A DNA stretch of 14,968 nt from NCBI GenBank assembly GCA_042219045.1, contig JBDGQO010000099.1, forward strand, positions 13,205-28,172, given 5' to 3'. Origin of the DNA: Candidatus Bipolaricaulia bacterium. GTDB lineage: Bacteria; Bipolaricaulota; Bipolaricaulia; RBG-16-55-9. The notes under the pieces are model-generated. The model worked only from the letters and a program-made list of their open reading frames with translations. It did not search any database and had not been told where the DNA came from. A program made the position numbers and the translations under genes. Shown in pieces: positions 8,226 to 14,968 of this stretch; the stretch's first letter is position 1, and every line of letters starts with the position of its first letter.

Positions 8226-8617
8226 GACGAAAACCCGAACCCTCGTGGCAGCAACTCGCTCAGGATGGCCCTGTCGAACGACGCCTCGCTCGTGCCCATG
8301 ATGACGTCAAGCTCAGGCGCGAACTCGAAAAGCGCCTGCCGACACGCCCCGCAGGGCGAGCAGAGCACGCCTTCCGCGCCCGCAATGGCGATTTTGTCAA
8401 ACGCTCGTTCACCCGCATCGACGGCCTTGAACAGGGCGACCCGTTCGGCGCAGATGCTCAGCCCGTAGGACGCATTTTCAATGTTCGTGCCCTCATAGAC
8501 GTGCCTTGATCCGGTCAACAGCGCGGCGCCGACGGCGTATTGCGAATAGGGCGAATAACTCCGCTCGCGCGCGGCCAACGCCCGAGCGAGCAGCTCCTGG
8601 TCGGATATCTCGGTCAT
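8222..8617 (-). CDS. cdd: Cytidine deaminase (homotetrameric type), 131 aa
   Basis: Motifs: SYSPYSQYAVGAA, GTNIENASYGLSICAERVA and the zinc motif SPCGACRQ. Start MTEISD at 8617 with SD AAGGAGG (8624-8630). ATGA overlaps with both pyrF and pdp. Confidence 0.96.
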   Translation of the reverse strand: MTEISDQELLARALAARERSYSPYSQYAVGAALLTGSRHVYEGTNIENASYGLSICAERVALFKAVDAGERAFDKIAIAGAEGVLCSPCGACRQALFEFAPELDVIMGTSEASFDRAILSELLPRGFGFSS

Positions 8618-9447
8618 GGGCGTCCTCCTTGGTCGTTGATGCCTTGTCGCAGGCGCTCCGCTGACGCCCTCGCCGCATCCGCGAAGTCGGGGCCGTCGGA
8701 CGCGTAGAGCACGCCGCGCGAGGCGTTGACGATGGCGTTGCGCCCGTCGCGGTTGACGCCAGCTCGGACGGCAGCTCCCAGATCCCCCTGCTGTGCTCCG
8801 ACGCCGGGCACCAACAACACCGTCGCCTCGCCGACGACGTCGCGGATCAGCCCGAGTTGCTCGGGGGAAGTCGCGCCGGCCACGAGCCCGAGGGTGGCAT
8901 CGCTCGTGCGCTGCCAATCGAGCGCAGACTCGGCCACGTGCTGATAGAGCGGTTTCCCACCACACTGCAGATCCTGGAGATCGCTCGAACTCGGATTGGA
9001 CGTGCGGCAGAGCAGAAAGACGCCGCGCTCCCCGTAGGCCAGAAACGGCGCCAGCGCATCGACGCCGAGATACGGGCTCAGCGTTACCGCGTCGGCTCCC
9101 ATTTGCTCGAACGCGAACTCGGCGTATTTCTGCGAGGTATGGCCCACGTCGCCGCGCTTGGCATCCAGAACGACAGGGATGTCATCGGGAACCATCGCGC
9201 ACGTCTGCTGCAGCGTCTCGAGGCCGATCGGGCCGAGGGCTTCGTAGAACGCGCTGTTCGCCTTGTAGGCGCAGACGAGGTCCCGCGTCGCCGCGACGAT
9301 CGATCGATGGAACTCGACGATGGCGGAGCACGGATCGTCGACGTCGCGAAGACGAGTCGGGAGTCGGGTCGGGTCCGGATCCAGCCCCACGCAGAGCCAG
9401 GTTTCGTTGAGACGGGCAGCCTCATGGAGCTTGGCGGCGAAGCTCAT
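8614..9447 (-). CDS. pyrF: Orotidine-5'-phosphate decarboxylase (subfamily 2 type)
   Basis: Motifs: LCVGLDPD, AYKANSAFYE, catalytic LDAKRGDVGHT, LCRTSNP, LVAGAT, LVPGVGAQQG and VNASR. ATG 9447 is preferred over TTG 9468. Confidence 0.95.
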   Translation of the reverse strand: MSFAAKLHEAARLNETWLCVGLDPDPTRLPTRLRDVDDPCSAIVEFHRSIVAATRDLVCAYKANSAFYEALGPIGLETLQQTCAMVPDDIPVVLDAKRGDVGHTSQKYAEFAFEQMGADAVTLSPYLGVDALAPFLAYGERGVFLLCRTSNPSSSDLQDLQCGGKPLYQHVAESALDWQRTSDATLGLVAGATSPEQLGLIRDVVGEATVLLVPGVGAQQGDLGAAVRAGVNRDGRNAIVNASRGVLYASDGPDFADAARASAERLRQGINDQGGRP

Positions 9448-9456
9448 GGCGTTGCG

Positions 9457-9486
9457 AGGGTAGCTCAACCATCATGGAGGGCGCAA
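9457..9486 (-). promoter_or_regulatory. Putative promoter of pyrF-cdd-pdp: TTGCGC-N18-TACCCT
   Basis: Minus-strand -35 at 9486-9481 and -10 at 9462-9457, 9 nt from ATG 9447. No SD. Confidence 0.4.
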
Positions 9487-9497
9487 TGGACGCGCCG

Positions 9498-9526
9498 TTG
9501 ACGCTCTAGCAAAGGGCACCTACAAT
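9498..9526 (+). promoter_or_regulatory. Sigma70 promoter of trkA-trkH-trmY: TTGACG-N17-TACAAT
   Basis: Both hexamers match consensus at 5/6 with 17-nt spacing. SD GAGGGGAG at 9537-9544 precedes ATG 9550. Confidence 0.75.
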
Positions 9527-9549
9527 CGGCCACTTCGAGGGGAGCCGCC

Positions 9550-10860
9550 ATGCGCGTTGTCATCATCGGGGCCGGCCAGGTCGGCCGAAGCATTGCCCAT
9601 GAACTCCAGAGCGATCACGACGTCGTCGTGGTGGAGCAGTCGTCCGCCCGCCTCGAGCTCATCGATCCCTACGACGTCATGTCGATCCGGGGCAATGGCG
9701 CGAGCATCAAGATACTCAAGGAGGCCAACGTCCCGCGGGCTGACCTGACGATCGCCTGCACGGACTTCGACGAGGTCAACATGGTGGCGAGCGCGGCGAG
9801 CAAGCACCTCGGCAACCCCTTTACCATCGCCCGTGTCCACGATCCCGACTACATCGAGAGCTGGGAGCCGGGCGACTTCGGCGTCGACTTCATGGTCTGC
9901 AGCGAGCTGATCACCGCCCGCGCGATCGGCCAGCTGATCGGCGTCCCGGCGGCACGCGGCGTCCAGACGTTCGCCAAGGGCAAGATCACCACCACCGAAC
10001 TCTCCGTCGATCCGAAATCCCCATTGGCTGGGCGGCCCATTGAAGAGCTGGATCTGCCGTCCAGTTTGCGCATCGTCAGCCTGATCCGGAAGGGCGAGGT
10101 CATCATTCCCTCGGGCGAGAACCGGATCGAGCCGGGCGATCTGGTCGTCAGCGTCGGCATCCCGGAGGCCCTGGGCGAGCTGAACCGCCGTGCCGGCGGC
10201 CGCCGCATGGCCCAGAACATCGTCATCCTCGGCGGCGGGCGCATCGGCTTCCGTCTGGCCCAGACCCTGCAACAGCGCGGCCTGCGGCCCAAGCTCGTCG
10301 AGTCCGGTCCCGAGCGGAGCCGCTGGCTCGCCGAACAGCTCCCGCACTGCCAAGTCTTCCAGAGCAACGCCACGGACCTGGAGTTTCTGGAACATGAGCG
10401 ATTCGGGACGTACGACGTCGGCATCAGCGTCATGGACCGGGACGAGCGCAATCTGTTGTCCGCGCTCTTGCTCAAGACGCTCGGCGTCGAAAAGGTGATC
10501 GCCGGCGTGGCCAATCCCGAGTACCAAGAGATCTTTGAGCGGGTCGGCGTCGACGTCGCCGTCAGTGCCCGCAAAGTTGTCGCTGAAGAGATCATTCGCT
10601 TCACGCGCCGCCGCATTGCCGGCCTCTCCACCATCGAGGGCAACCGGGCCGAGATCCTCGAGGTGGAGGTGTCGCCGGAGAGCCCGCTGGTCGGCACCGA
10701 ACTCGAAAACGCCCATTTTCCATCGGGCGCCACCATCGGCGCCATCGTGCGCGGCAACCGTGTTATCATTCCGAGCGGCGACGACGCGCTCCACATCGGC
10801 GATCTCGTCATCGTCTTCAGCAAGAAGTCCGCCGTGACCGAGGTGGAAGACCTTCTATGA
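9550..10860 (+). CDS. trkA: Trk potassium uptake system NAD-binding subunit (two RCK domains)
   Basis: Two Rossmann motifs (IIGAGQVG and ILGGGRIG), each followed by an RCK-C domain (SPLAGRPI...IRKGEVIIP and SPLVG...VRGNRVIIP). Lies next to trkH. Confidence 0.95.
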   Translation: MRVVIIGAGQVGRSIAHELQSDHDVVVVEQSSARLELIDPYDVMSIRGNGASIKILKEANVPRADLTIACTDFDEVNMVASAASKHLGNPFTIARVHDPDYIESWEPGDFGVDFMVCSELITARAIGQLIGVPAARGVQTFAKGKITTTELSVDPKSPLAGRPIEELDLPSSLRIVSLIRKGEVIIPSGENRIEPGDLVVSVGIPEALGELNRRAGGRRMAQNIVILGGGRIGFRLAQTLQQRGLRPKLVESGPERSRWLAEQLPHCQVFQSNATDLEFLEHERFGTYDVGISVMDRDERNLLSALLLKTLGVEKVIAGVANPEYQEIFERVGVDVAVSARKVVAEEIIRFTRRRIAGLSTIEGNRAEILEVEVSPESPLVGTELENAHFPSGATIGAIVRGNRVIIPSGDDALHIGDLVIVFSKKSAVTEVEDLL

Positions 10861-12341
10861 GGATCGCCGTCGATCTTCGGTCGGCGTTCCACCTCATCTC
10901 CATCGTGCTGCAAGGCGTCGGTTCGGCATTCCTGCTACCGGCCGGCGTCGCGCTCTACTACGGCGAGCCGGTCCTGCCCTGGATGGGGGTACTGGCCCTG
11001 ACCGTCGGCCTCGGCACGGCGCTGCGCAGCGTCACCCACGGCAGCCGCCATTTGACGATGCGCGAAGGGTTCTTCGTCGTCGGCGTCAGCTGGCTGGCGA
11101 TTGCGCTCTTCGGCAGCGTGCCCTATCTCCTGATCGGGCCTCTCGGCGTTGTGGACGCCCTGTTTGAATCCATGAGCGGGTTCACCACGACCGGAGCCAC
11201 CGTGCTGACCGACATCGAGGGCCAGTCGCGGAGCCTGCTGCTGTGGCGGTCGCTGACGCAGTGGCTGGGCGGCATGGGCATCGTCGTCTTGGCGATCGCC
11301 GTGTTGCCCCGACTCGGCATCGGCGGGCGCCAACTGATGGAAGCCGAGGCCCCCGGCCCCGAAGTGGAACGCCTCTTTCCCCACATCCGCCAGACGGCGC
11401 AGGCGCTGTGGGGGGTTTACCTCGGCCTCACCGTCGCCGAGATCGTCGCCCTGTCCGTCGCCGGCCTGTCGCTGTACGAGGCCGTCAGCCACGCGTTCAC
11501 GACGGTCTCCACGGGCGGCTTCAGCCCCGAGGCCCGCAGCATCGAAGCCTACTCGGGCGGCGTCCAGTGGATCGTCATCGTCTTCATCCTGCTGGGCGGC
11601 AGCAACTTCGCGCTCCTCTATCGCAGCCTGCTCTCGCCCCTTCGACTTCCGCGGCTGCTCTGGGACAACCGCGAATGGCGCTTCTATGCCGCCGCCTACA
11701 TCGTGTTTGTCGGGCTCATTACGCTCAACATCACGGGCCTCTATGCCACCGTCGAGGAGACAATCCGCCACGGCGCATTCCAGGTTGCCAGCATCATGAC
11801 GACAACGGGCTACGCCAGCACGGACTTCAACGCGTGGAGTTCCACGGCGATGCTGTTGTTGTTGGCGCTGATGTTCATCGGCGGCAACGCGGGCAGCACG
11901 AGCGGATCCGTCAAGGTCGTGCGGACGCTGCTCATCTTGAAGATGATGTTCCGCGAGATTCGCCGGATTCTCCATCCCAAGGCCGTTATCCCCTTGAGGC
12001 TCGGGGATCGGGTCATCAGCGAAACCGCCCTGCGCGGCATCCTCGTCTTTGCCATCATTTACGTGACGCTGTTCGCCATCGGTTGCATCTTGCTGATGCT
12101 GGACGTGGAGCGGGCCGGCTTGGCCGGCGGCCAGACGTTGACCGTGCTGGACGCCGTCAGCGCGGTGGCGGCGTCCATCGGCAACGTCGGCCCCGGATTT
12201 GGAGTCTTCGGGCCGATGAACTCCTACGCTCCGTTGCCGGACACGTCCAAACTGCTCTTGGCCGCGCTCATGTGGATCGGGCGGCTGGAGATTTTCCCCA
12301 TTATCGTGCTGCTGACGAAGAGCTACTGGAGGGGCACATGA
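10857..12341 (+). CDS. trkH: Trk potassium uptake membrane protein
   Basis: Four pore-loop motifs: FESMSGFTTTGAT, VSTGGFS, MTTTGYAS and IGNVGPG. Also QWLGGMG, GSTSGSVK and MWIGRLE. ATGA overlap with trkA. Confidence 0.95.
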   Translation: MRIAVDLRSAFHLISIVLQGVGSAFLLPAGVALYYGEPVLPWMGVLALTVGLGTALRSVTHGSRHLTMREGFFVVGVSWLAIALFGSVPYLLIGPLGVVDALFESMSGFTTTGATVLTDIEGQSRSLLLWRSLTQWLGGMGIVVLAIAVLPRLGIGGRQLMEAEAPGPEVERLFPHIRQTAQALWGVYLGLTVAEIVALSVAGLSLYEAVSHAFTTVSTGGFSPEARSIEAYSGGVQWIVIVFILLGGSNFALLYRSLLSPLRLPRLLWDNREWRFYAAAYIVFVGLITLNITGLYATVEETIRHGAFQVASIMTTTGYASTDFNAWSSTAMLLLLALMFIGGNAGSTSGSVKVVRTLLILKMMFREIRRILHPKAVIPLRLGDRVISETALRGILVFAIIYVTLFAIGCILLMLDVERAGLAGGQTLTVLDAVSAVAASIGNVGPGFGVFGPMNSYAPLPDTSKLLLAALMWIGRLEIFPIIVLLTKSYWRGT

Positions 12342-12928
12342 CCACGGGCGAGGCCCAACGCGCGTTTGTCGTTCTCGGCCATCGGGCCGCGCTGACATCG
12401 GACTTTTCGCTCAATGACCTGACCGGCAGCGCCGGCCGATTGGACATTTTGGCCCGCTGCGTGACGAGCGCGCTCTGTCTCTCGCATGGGATGCGGACCG
12501 ACACCCGGGTCGATCTCGTGCTCCAAAATCAAGTCACAGTGAGGTTCCATGGCGCCCACGTCAAACGGGTTAACCCCGACGAGCGCAGCACCGGGGCGCT
12601 CATCAAACACGCGCTCAAGGCGCTTGAACAGGGCCAAAACCGAAGCACGCCCGGCGTCACGGTCGCCCACCGTGGGCTCGCCGACGTGCTCACTGGCCTG
12701 AACGGAGCCGGGTTTTCCGTGCGCGCGCTCGACGAGGGCGGATCTGATCTCCGAGCGGCCCGCTTGGAGGCCCCGATCGCGTTCGTCCTGAGCGACCATC
12801 AGGATTTTTCCTCGACCGAAGCCGAGCTGTTGTCCGGACATGCCTCCCTGAGGTTGGGGCCGACGATCCTGCAAGCCGATCACTGCATCCCGATCGTGCA
12901 CAACGAGCTCGATCGACGCTGGCGCTAG
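12338..12928 (+). CDS. trmY: tRNA (pseudouridine54-N1)-methyltransferase TrmY family (SPOUT), 196 aa
   Basis: Motifs: FVVLGH, DFSLNDLTGSAGRLDILARC, LSHGMR, NPDERS, STPGV, FVLSDHQDF, LGP..LQADHCI..VHNELD. Start ATG 12338 overlaps the trkH stop (ATGA). Corresponds to the C-terminal part of the listed 561-aa ORF. Confidence 0.92.
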   Translation: MTTGEAQRAFVVLGHRAALTSDFSLNDLTGSAGRLDILARCVTSALCLSHGMRTDTRVDLVLQNQVTVRFHGAHVKRVNPDERSTGALIKHALKALEQGQNRSTPGVTVAHRGLADVLTGLNGAGFSVRALDEGGSDLRAARLEAPIAFVLSDHQDFSSTEAELLSGHASLRLGPTILQADHCIPIVHNELDRRWR

Positions 12929-12929
12929 G

Positions 12930-14372
12930 TCAGCGCGACCCGTTCGTGCCCTTGATCCGCTCGTACGCCGCGAGCGCGCGGTCGCGGGCCTGCTTGTGAT
13001 CGACGATCGGCTCCGGATAGGTCCGGCCCAGCGTCACGCCTGCGGCTTGTCGATCCAATTGAGTCGCCTGCCAGGGCGCATGGATCACGTCGGCATCGAG
13101 CTTGGCCAACTCCGGCACCCACCGGCGGACGTAGGTCCCGTCCGGGTCGAAGCGTTCTCCCTGTCGGACGGGATTGAAGATCCGAAAATAGGGCGCCGCG
13201 TCGGCCCCGCAGCCCGCTGCCCACTGCCAGCCGAGCGTGTTGTTGGCCAGATCGGCGTCCACAAGCGTGTCCCAGAACCAACGGGCCCCATGCTGCCAGG
13301 GAATGAGCAAATCCTTCGTCAAGAATGACGCGACGACCATGCGCATTCGGTTGTGCATCCATCCCGTTTCCCAAAGCTCGCGCATTCCGGCATCAACGAT
13401 GGGATAGCCCGTCTGTCCCTGTTGCCAGGCCAGGAGGCTGCCCTCGTCATCGCGCCAGGGGAAGCTTTCGAACTTAGGTTTCAATGGACGATCTGGGGTT
13501 GACGGAAAGTGATAGAGGACGTGATGGGCGAACTCGCGCCAGCCGAGCTCGCTCACGAACGCGTCGGCGGATGCTTGATCGTGCAGGCCGACCTCCGTCT
13601 GGATGGCGTGCGCGACCTGTCGCGGGCCGATCTCGCCGAAGTGCAGGTGCGGCGACAGCCGCGACGTGCCCGCCTGGTCCGGACGGTCTCGAGACGTGTC
13701 GTAGTCGGCCAGCGCGTCCTCGAGGAACGCGTCGAGGCGCTCATGCGCGCCGGCTTCGCCGGGCGTCCAGGTCGCACGGAGGCCGCCGGCCCAGTCGACC
13801 GTCGGCAAGAGCGCCAGCTCCGCCAATCCCAGCGACGTCGGCCACGAAGCCGGCGTTGGCCAAGCGTCGGGAGCGGCCTCGACGGCGATGGGATTCAGCT
13901 CACTCTGGCAACGCCGCCAGAAGGGCGTGAAGACTTGGTAGGGCTTGCCCTGCTTCGTCGCGACGTCCCAGGGCTCAAGCAACAGCGCCGCGTTGAACGT
14001 CTCGACGCCCAAGCCATCGTCGACCAGCGCTTGCTTGATTTGGGCATCTCGTTCCGTCAGCGCCGGATCGTAGCGGCGGTTCCAGTAGACGGCGTCGGCG
14101 CCCGTTTCGGCCACGAGCGCCCGGAGCGCCTCCAGCGTCGGCCCCGTCCGCAGGATCAAGCGGGTCCCTCGATCCGCTAGACAAGCCTGCAGCGCGTCCA
14201 CCGAATGATGGAGCCACCAACGCGACGCGGCCCCCGGCGCCCACGGAGCTTCCTCCTCGGGTGCCCAGATAAGCGTCGGAATGACGGGCTCGCCCCGCTC
14301 GACGGCCGCCGCCAGGGCCGGGTTGTCCTCGAGGCGTAGGTCGCGATGCAGCCAGACGATGGTCGCACTCAT
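12930..14372 (-). CDS. phr: Deoxyribodipyrimidine (CPD) photolyase, class III-like, 480 aa
   Basis: Motifs: IVWLHRDLRLEDNPAL, ASRWWLHHS, YQVFTPFW, TSRLSPHLHFGEI, ELGWREF, GQTGYPIVDAGMRELWETGWMHNRMRM and DADLANNTLGWQWAAGCGADAAPYFRIFNP. Start MSATIVW at 14372. Confidence 0.93.
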   Translation of the reverse strand: MSATIVWLHRDLRLEDNPALAAAVERGEPVIPTLIWAPEEEAPWAPGAASRWWLHHSVDALQACLADRGTRLILRTGPTLEALRALVAETGADAVYWNRRYDPALTERDAQIKQALVDDGLGVETFNAALLLEPWDVATKQGKPYQVFTPFWRRCQSELNPIAVEAAPDAWPTPASWPTSLGLAELALLPTVDWAGGLRATWTPGEAGAHERLDAFLEDALADYDTSRDRPDQAGTSRLSPHLHFGEIGPRQVAHAIQTEVGLHDQASADAFVSELGWREFAHHVLYHFPSTPDRPLKPKFESFPWRDDEGSLLAWQQGQTGYPIVDAGMRELWETGWMHNRMRMVVASFLTKDLLIPWQHGARWFWDTLVDADLANNTLGWQWAAGCGADAAPYFRIFNPVRQGERFDPDGTYVRRWVPELAKLDADVIHAPWQATQLDRQAAGVTLGRTYPEPIVDHKQARDRALAAYERIKGTNGSR

Positions 14373-14425
14373 AGGCCACAAGCATAGGCACCCGATCACC
14401 TCGTTGCCAGTCCCGGTGCGTCCAG

Positions 14426-14454
14426 TTGCATTGGTGCGGAGGCTCGCGTACGCT
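14426..14454 (+). promoter_or_regulatory. Putative promoter of the thioesterase gene: TTGCAT-N17-TACGCT
   Basis: -35 at 14426-14431 and -10 at 14449-14454, 9 nt upstream of ATG 14464. No SD. Confidence 0.45.
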
Positions 14455-14463
14455 GACGTCGCC

Positions 14464-14958
14464 ATGAACGACGAGGCAACAGCCGCCGGCAAGCCAGTCC
14501 GCGAGTCCTACGTGGAATACGTCCATGTCGTCCGCCCCCAGGACGCCAACACGATCGGGACGGTCTTCGGCGGGACCGTCGTCGCCTGGATGGACACGGC
14601 GGCCGGGATCGCCGCCATGCGCCATGCGCGCTGCCCCGTGGTGACCGCATCCATCGACCAGCTCAGCTTCCTGTCCCCGATCCATATCGGGGAACTGGCC
14701 ATCGTGCGAGCATCCGTCAACTACACCCACAAGACCTCCATGGAGGTCGGCGTCTGGATCGAATCCGAAGTGCCGCAGACGGGCGAGCGACGCGAGACGA
14801 CGCACGGCTATCTGACGTTCGTCGCGCTCGACAACGACGGCCAGCCGTCGGCCGTGCCGCCCGTGTTGCCCGAGACTGACGAAGAACGACGGCGCTACGA
14901 GGAGGCCAAGCGGCGCCGCGAGTACAAGCTGAAGATGCGCGAGGAGCTGGGGGATTGA
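14464..14958 (+). CDS. Acyl-CoA thioesterase, hot-dog fold (YciA-like), 164 aa
   Basis: Motifs: PQDANTIGTVFGGTVVAWMD, VVTASID, FLSPIHIG, VNYTHKTSMEVGV and LTFVALD. ATG 14464 is chosen because the longer listed start overlaps the photolyase. Confidence 0.92.
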   Translation: MNDEATAAGKPVRESYVEYVHVVRPQDANTIGTVFGGTVVAWMDTAAGIAAMRHARCPVVTASIDQLSFLSPIHIGELAIVRASVNYTHKTSMEVGVWIESEVPQTGERRETTHGYLTFVALDNDGQPSAVPPVLPETDEERRRYEEAKRRREYKLKMREELGD

Positions 14959-14968
14959 TCCGGTGGCT

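Noticed and set aside
417..8468. Other long shadow ORFs (417-1238, 446-1438, 3638-4690, 7329-8468)
   Set aside because: They overlap well-supported genes and have no family motifs or independent translation signals.
8618..8965. Long N-terminal extension of the cytidine deaminase ORF
   Set aside because: It overlaps pyrF out of frame and is low-complexity and Arg-rich. A strong SD and an ATGA overlap mark the start at 8617.
11243..12337. N-terminal 365 codons of the listed 561-aa ORF (apparent TrmY fusion)
   Set aside because: This is an off-frame, Arg-rich shadow of trkH. TrmY similarity starts only at ATG 12338, which overlaps the trkH stop.
9520..12398. Long antisense ORFs (9520-10794, 9849-10913, 10935-12398)
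   Set aside because: They mirror trkA/trkH. Such frames are expected in high-GC DNA, and they have no recognisable motifs.
14281..14492. Apparent head-to-head overlap of the photolyase and thioesterase ORFs
   Set aside because: This is an artefact of longest-ORF starts. Homology-consistent starts at 14372 and 14464 leave a 91-nt divergent gap with promoter-like boxes.

Overview
A gene-dense, high-GC chromosomal window. The host is bacterial, judged by sigma70-type promoters, Shine-Dalgarno (SD) sites and pdp/cdd genes. No mobile element, CRISPR array or RNA gene is visible. Left to right on the + strand: a 5'-truncated PfkB-family kinase, a BtpA/SgcQ TIM-barrel protein and a BMP-type nucleoside ABC importer (binding protein, terminator-like hairpin, tandem ATPase, two permeases). 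These converge on a minus-strand, translationally coupled pyrF-cdd-pdp operon. Divergent from pyrF is a coupled trkA-trkH-trmY operon. It is followed by a convergent class III-like CPD photolyase and a divergent hot-dog acyl-CoA thioesterase. Four points stand out: (i) an archaeal-type m1Psi54 methyltransferase TrmY coupled to haloarchaeal-looking Trk genes in a bacterium; (ii) a function-unknown BtpA/SgcQ protein paired with a kinase in a nucleoside uptake/salvage neighbourhood; (iii) a repeated pattern of SD-less starts with a TAnnnT box 7-9 nt upstream, suggesting leaderless mRNAs; (iv) a 30-codon coupled mini-ORF between the permeases. Family calls come from recognised motifs, not from database searches.
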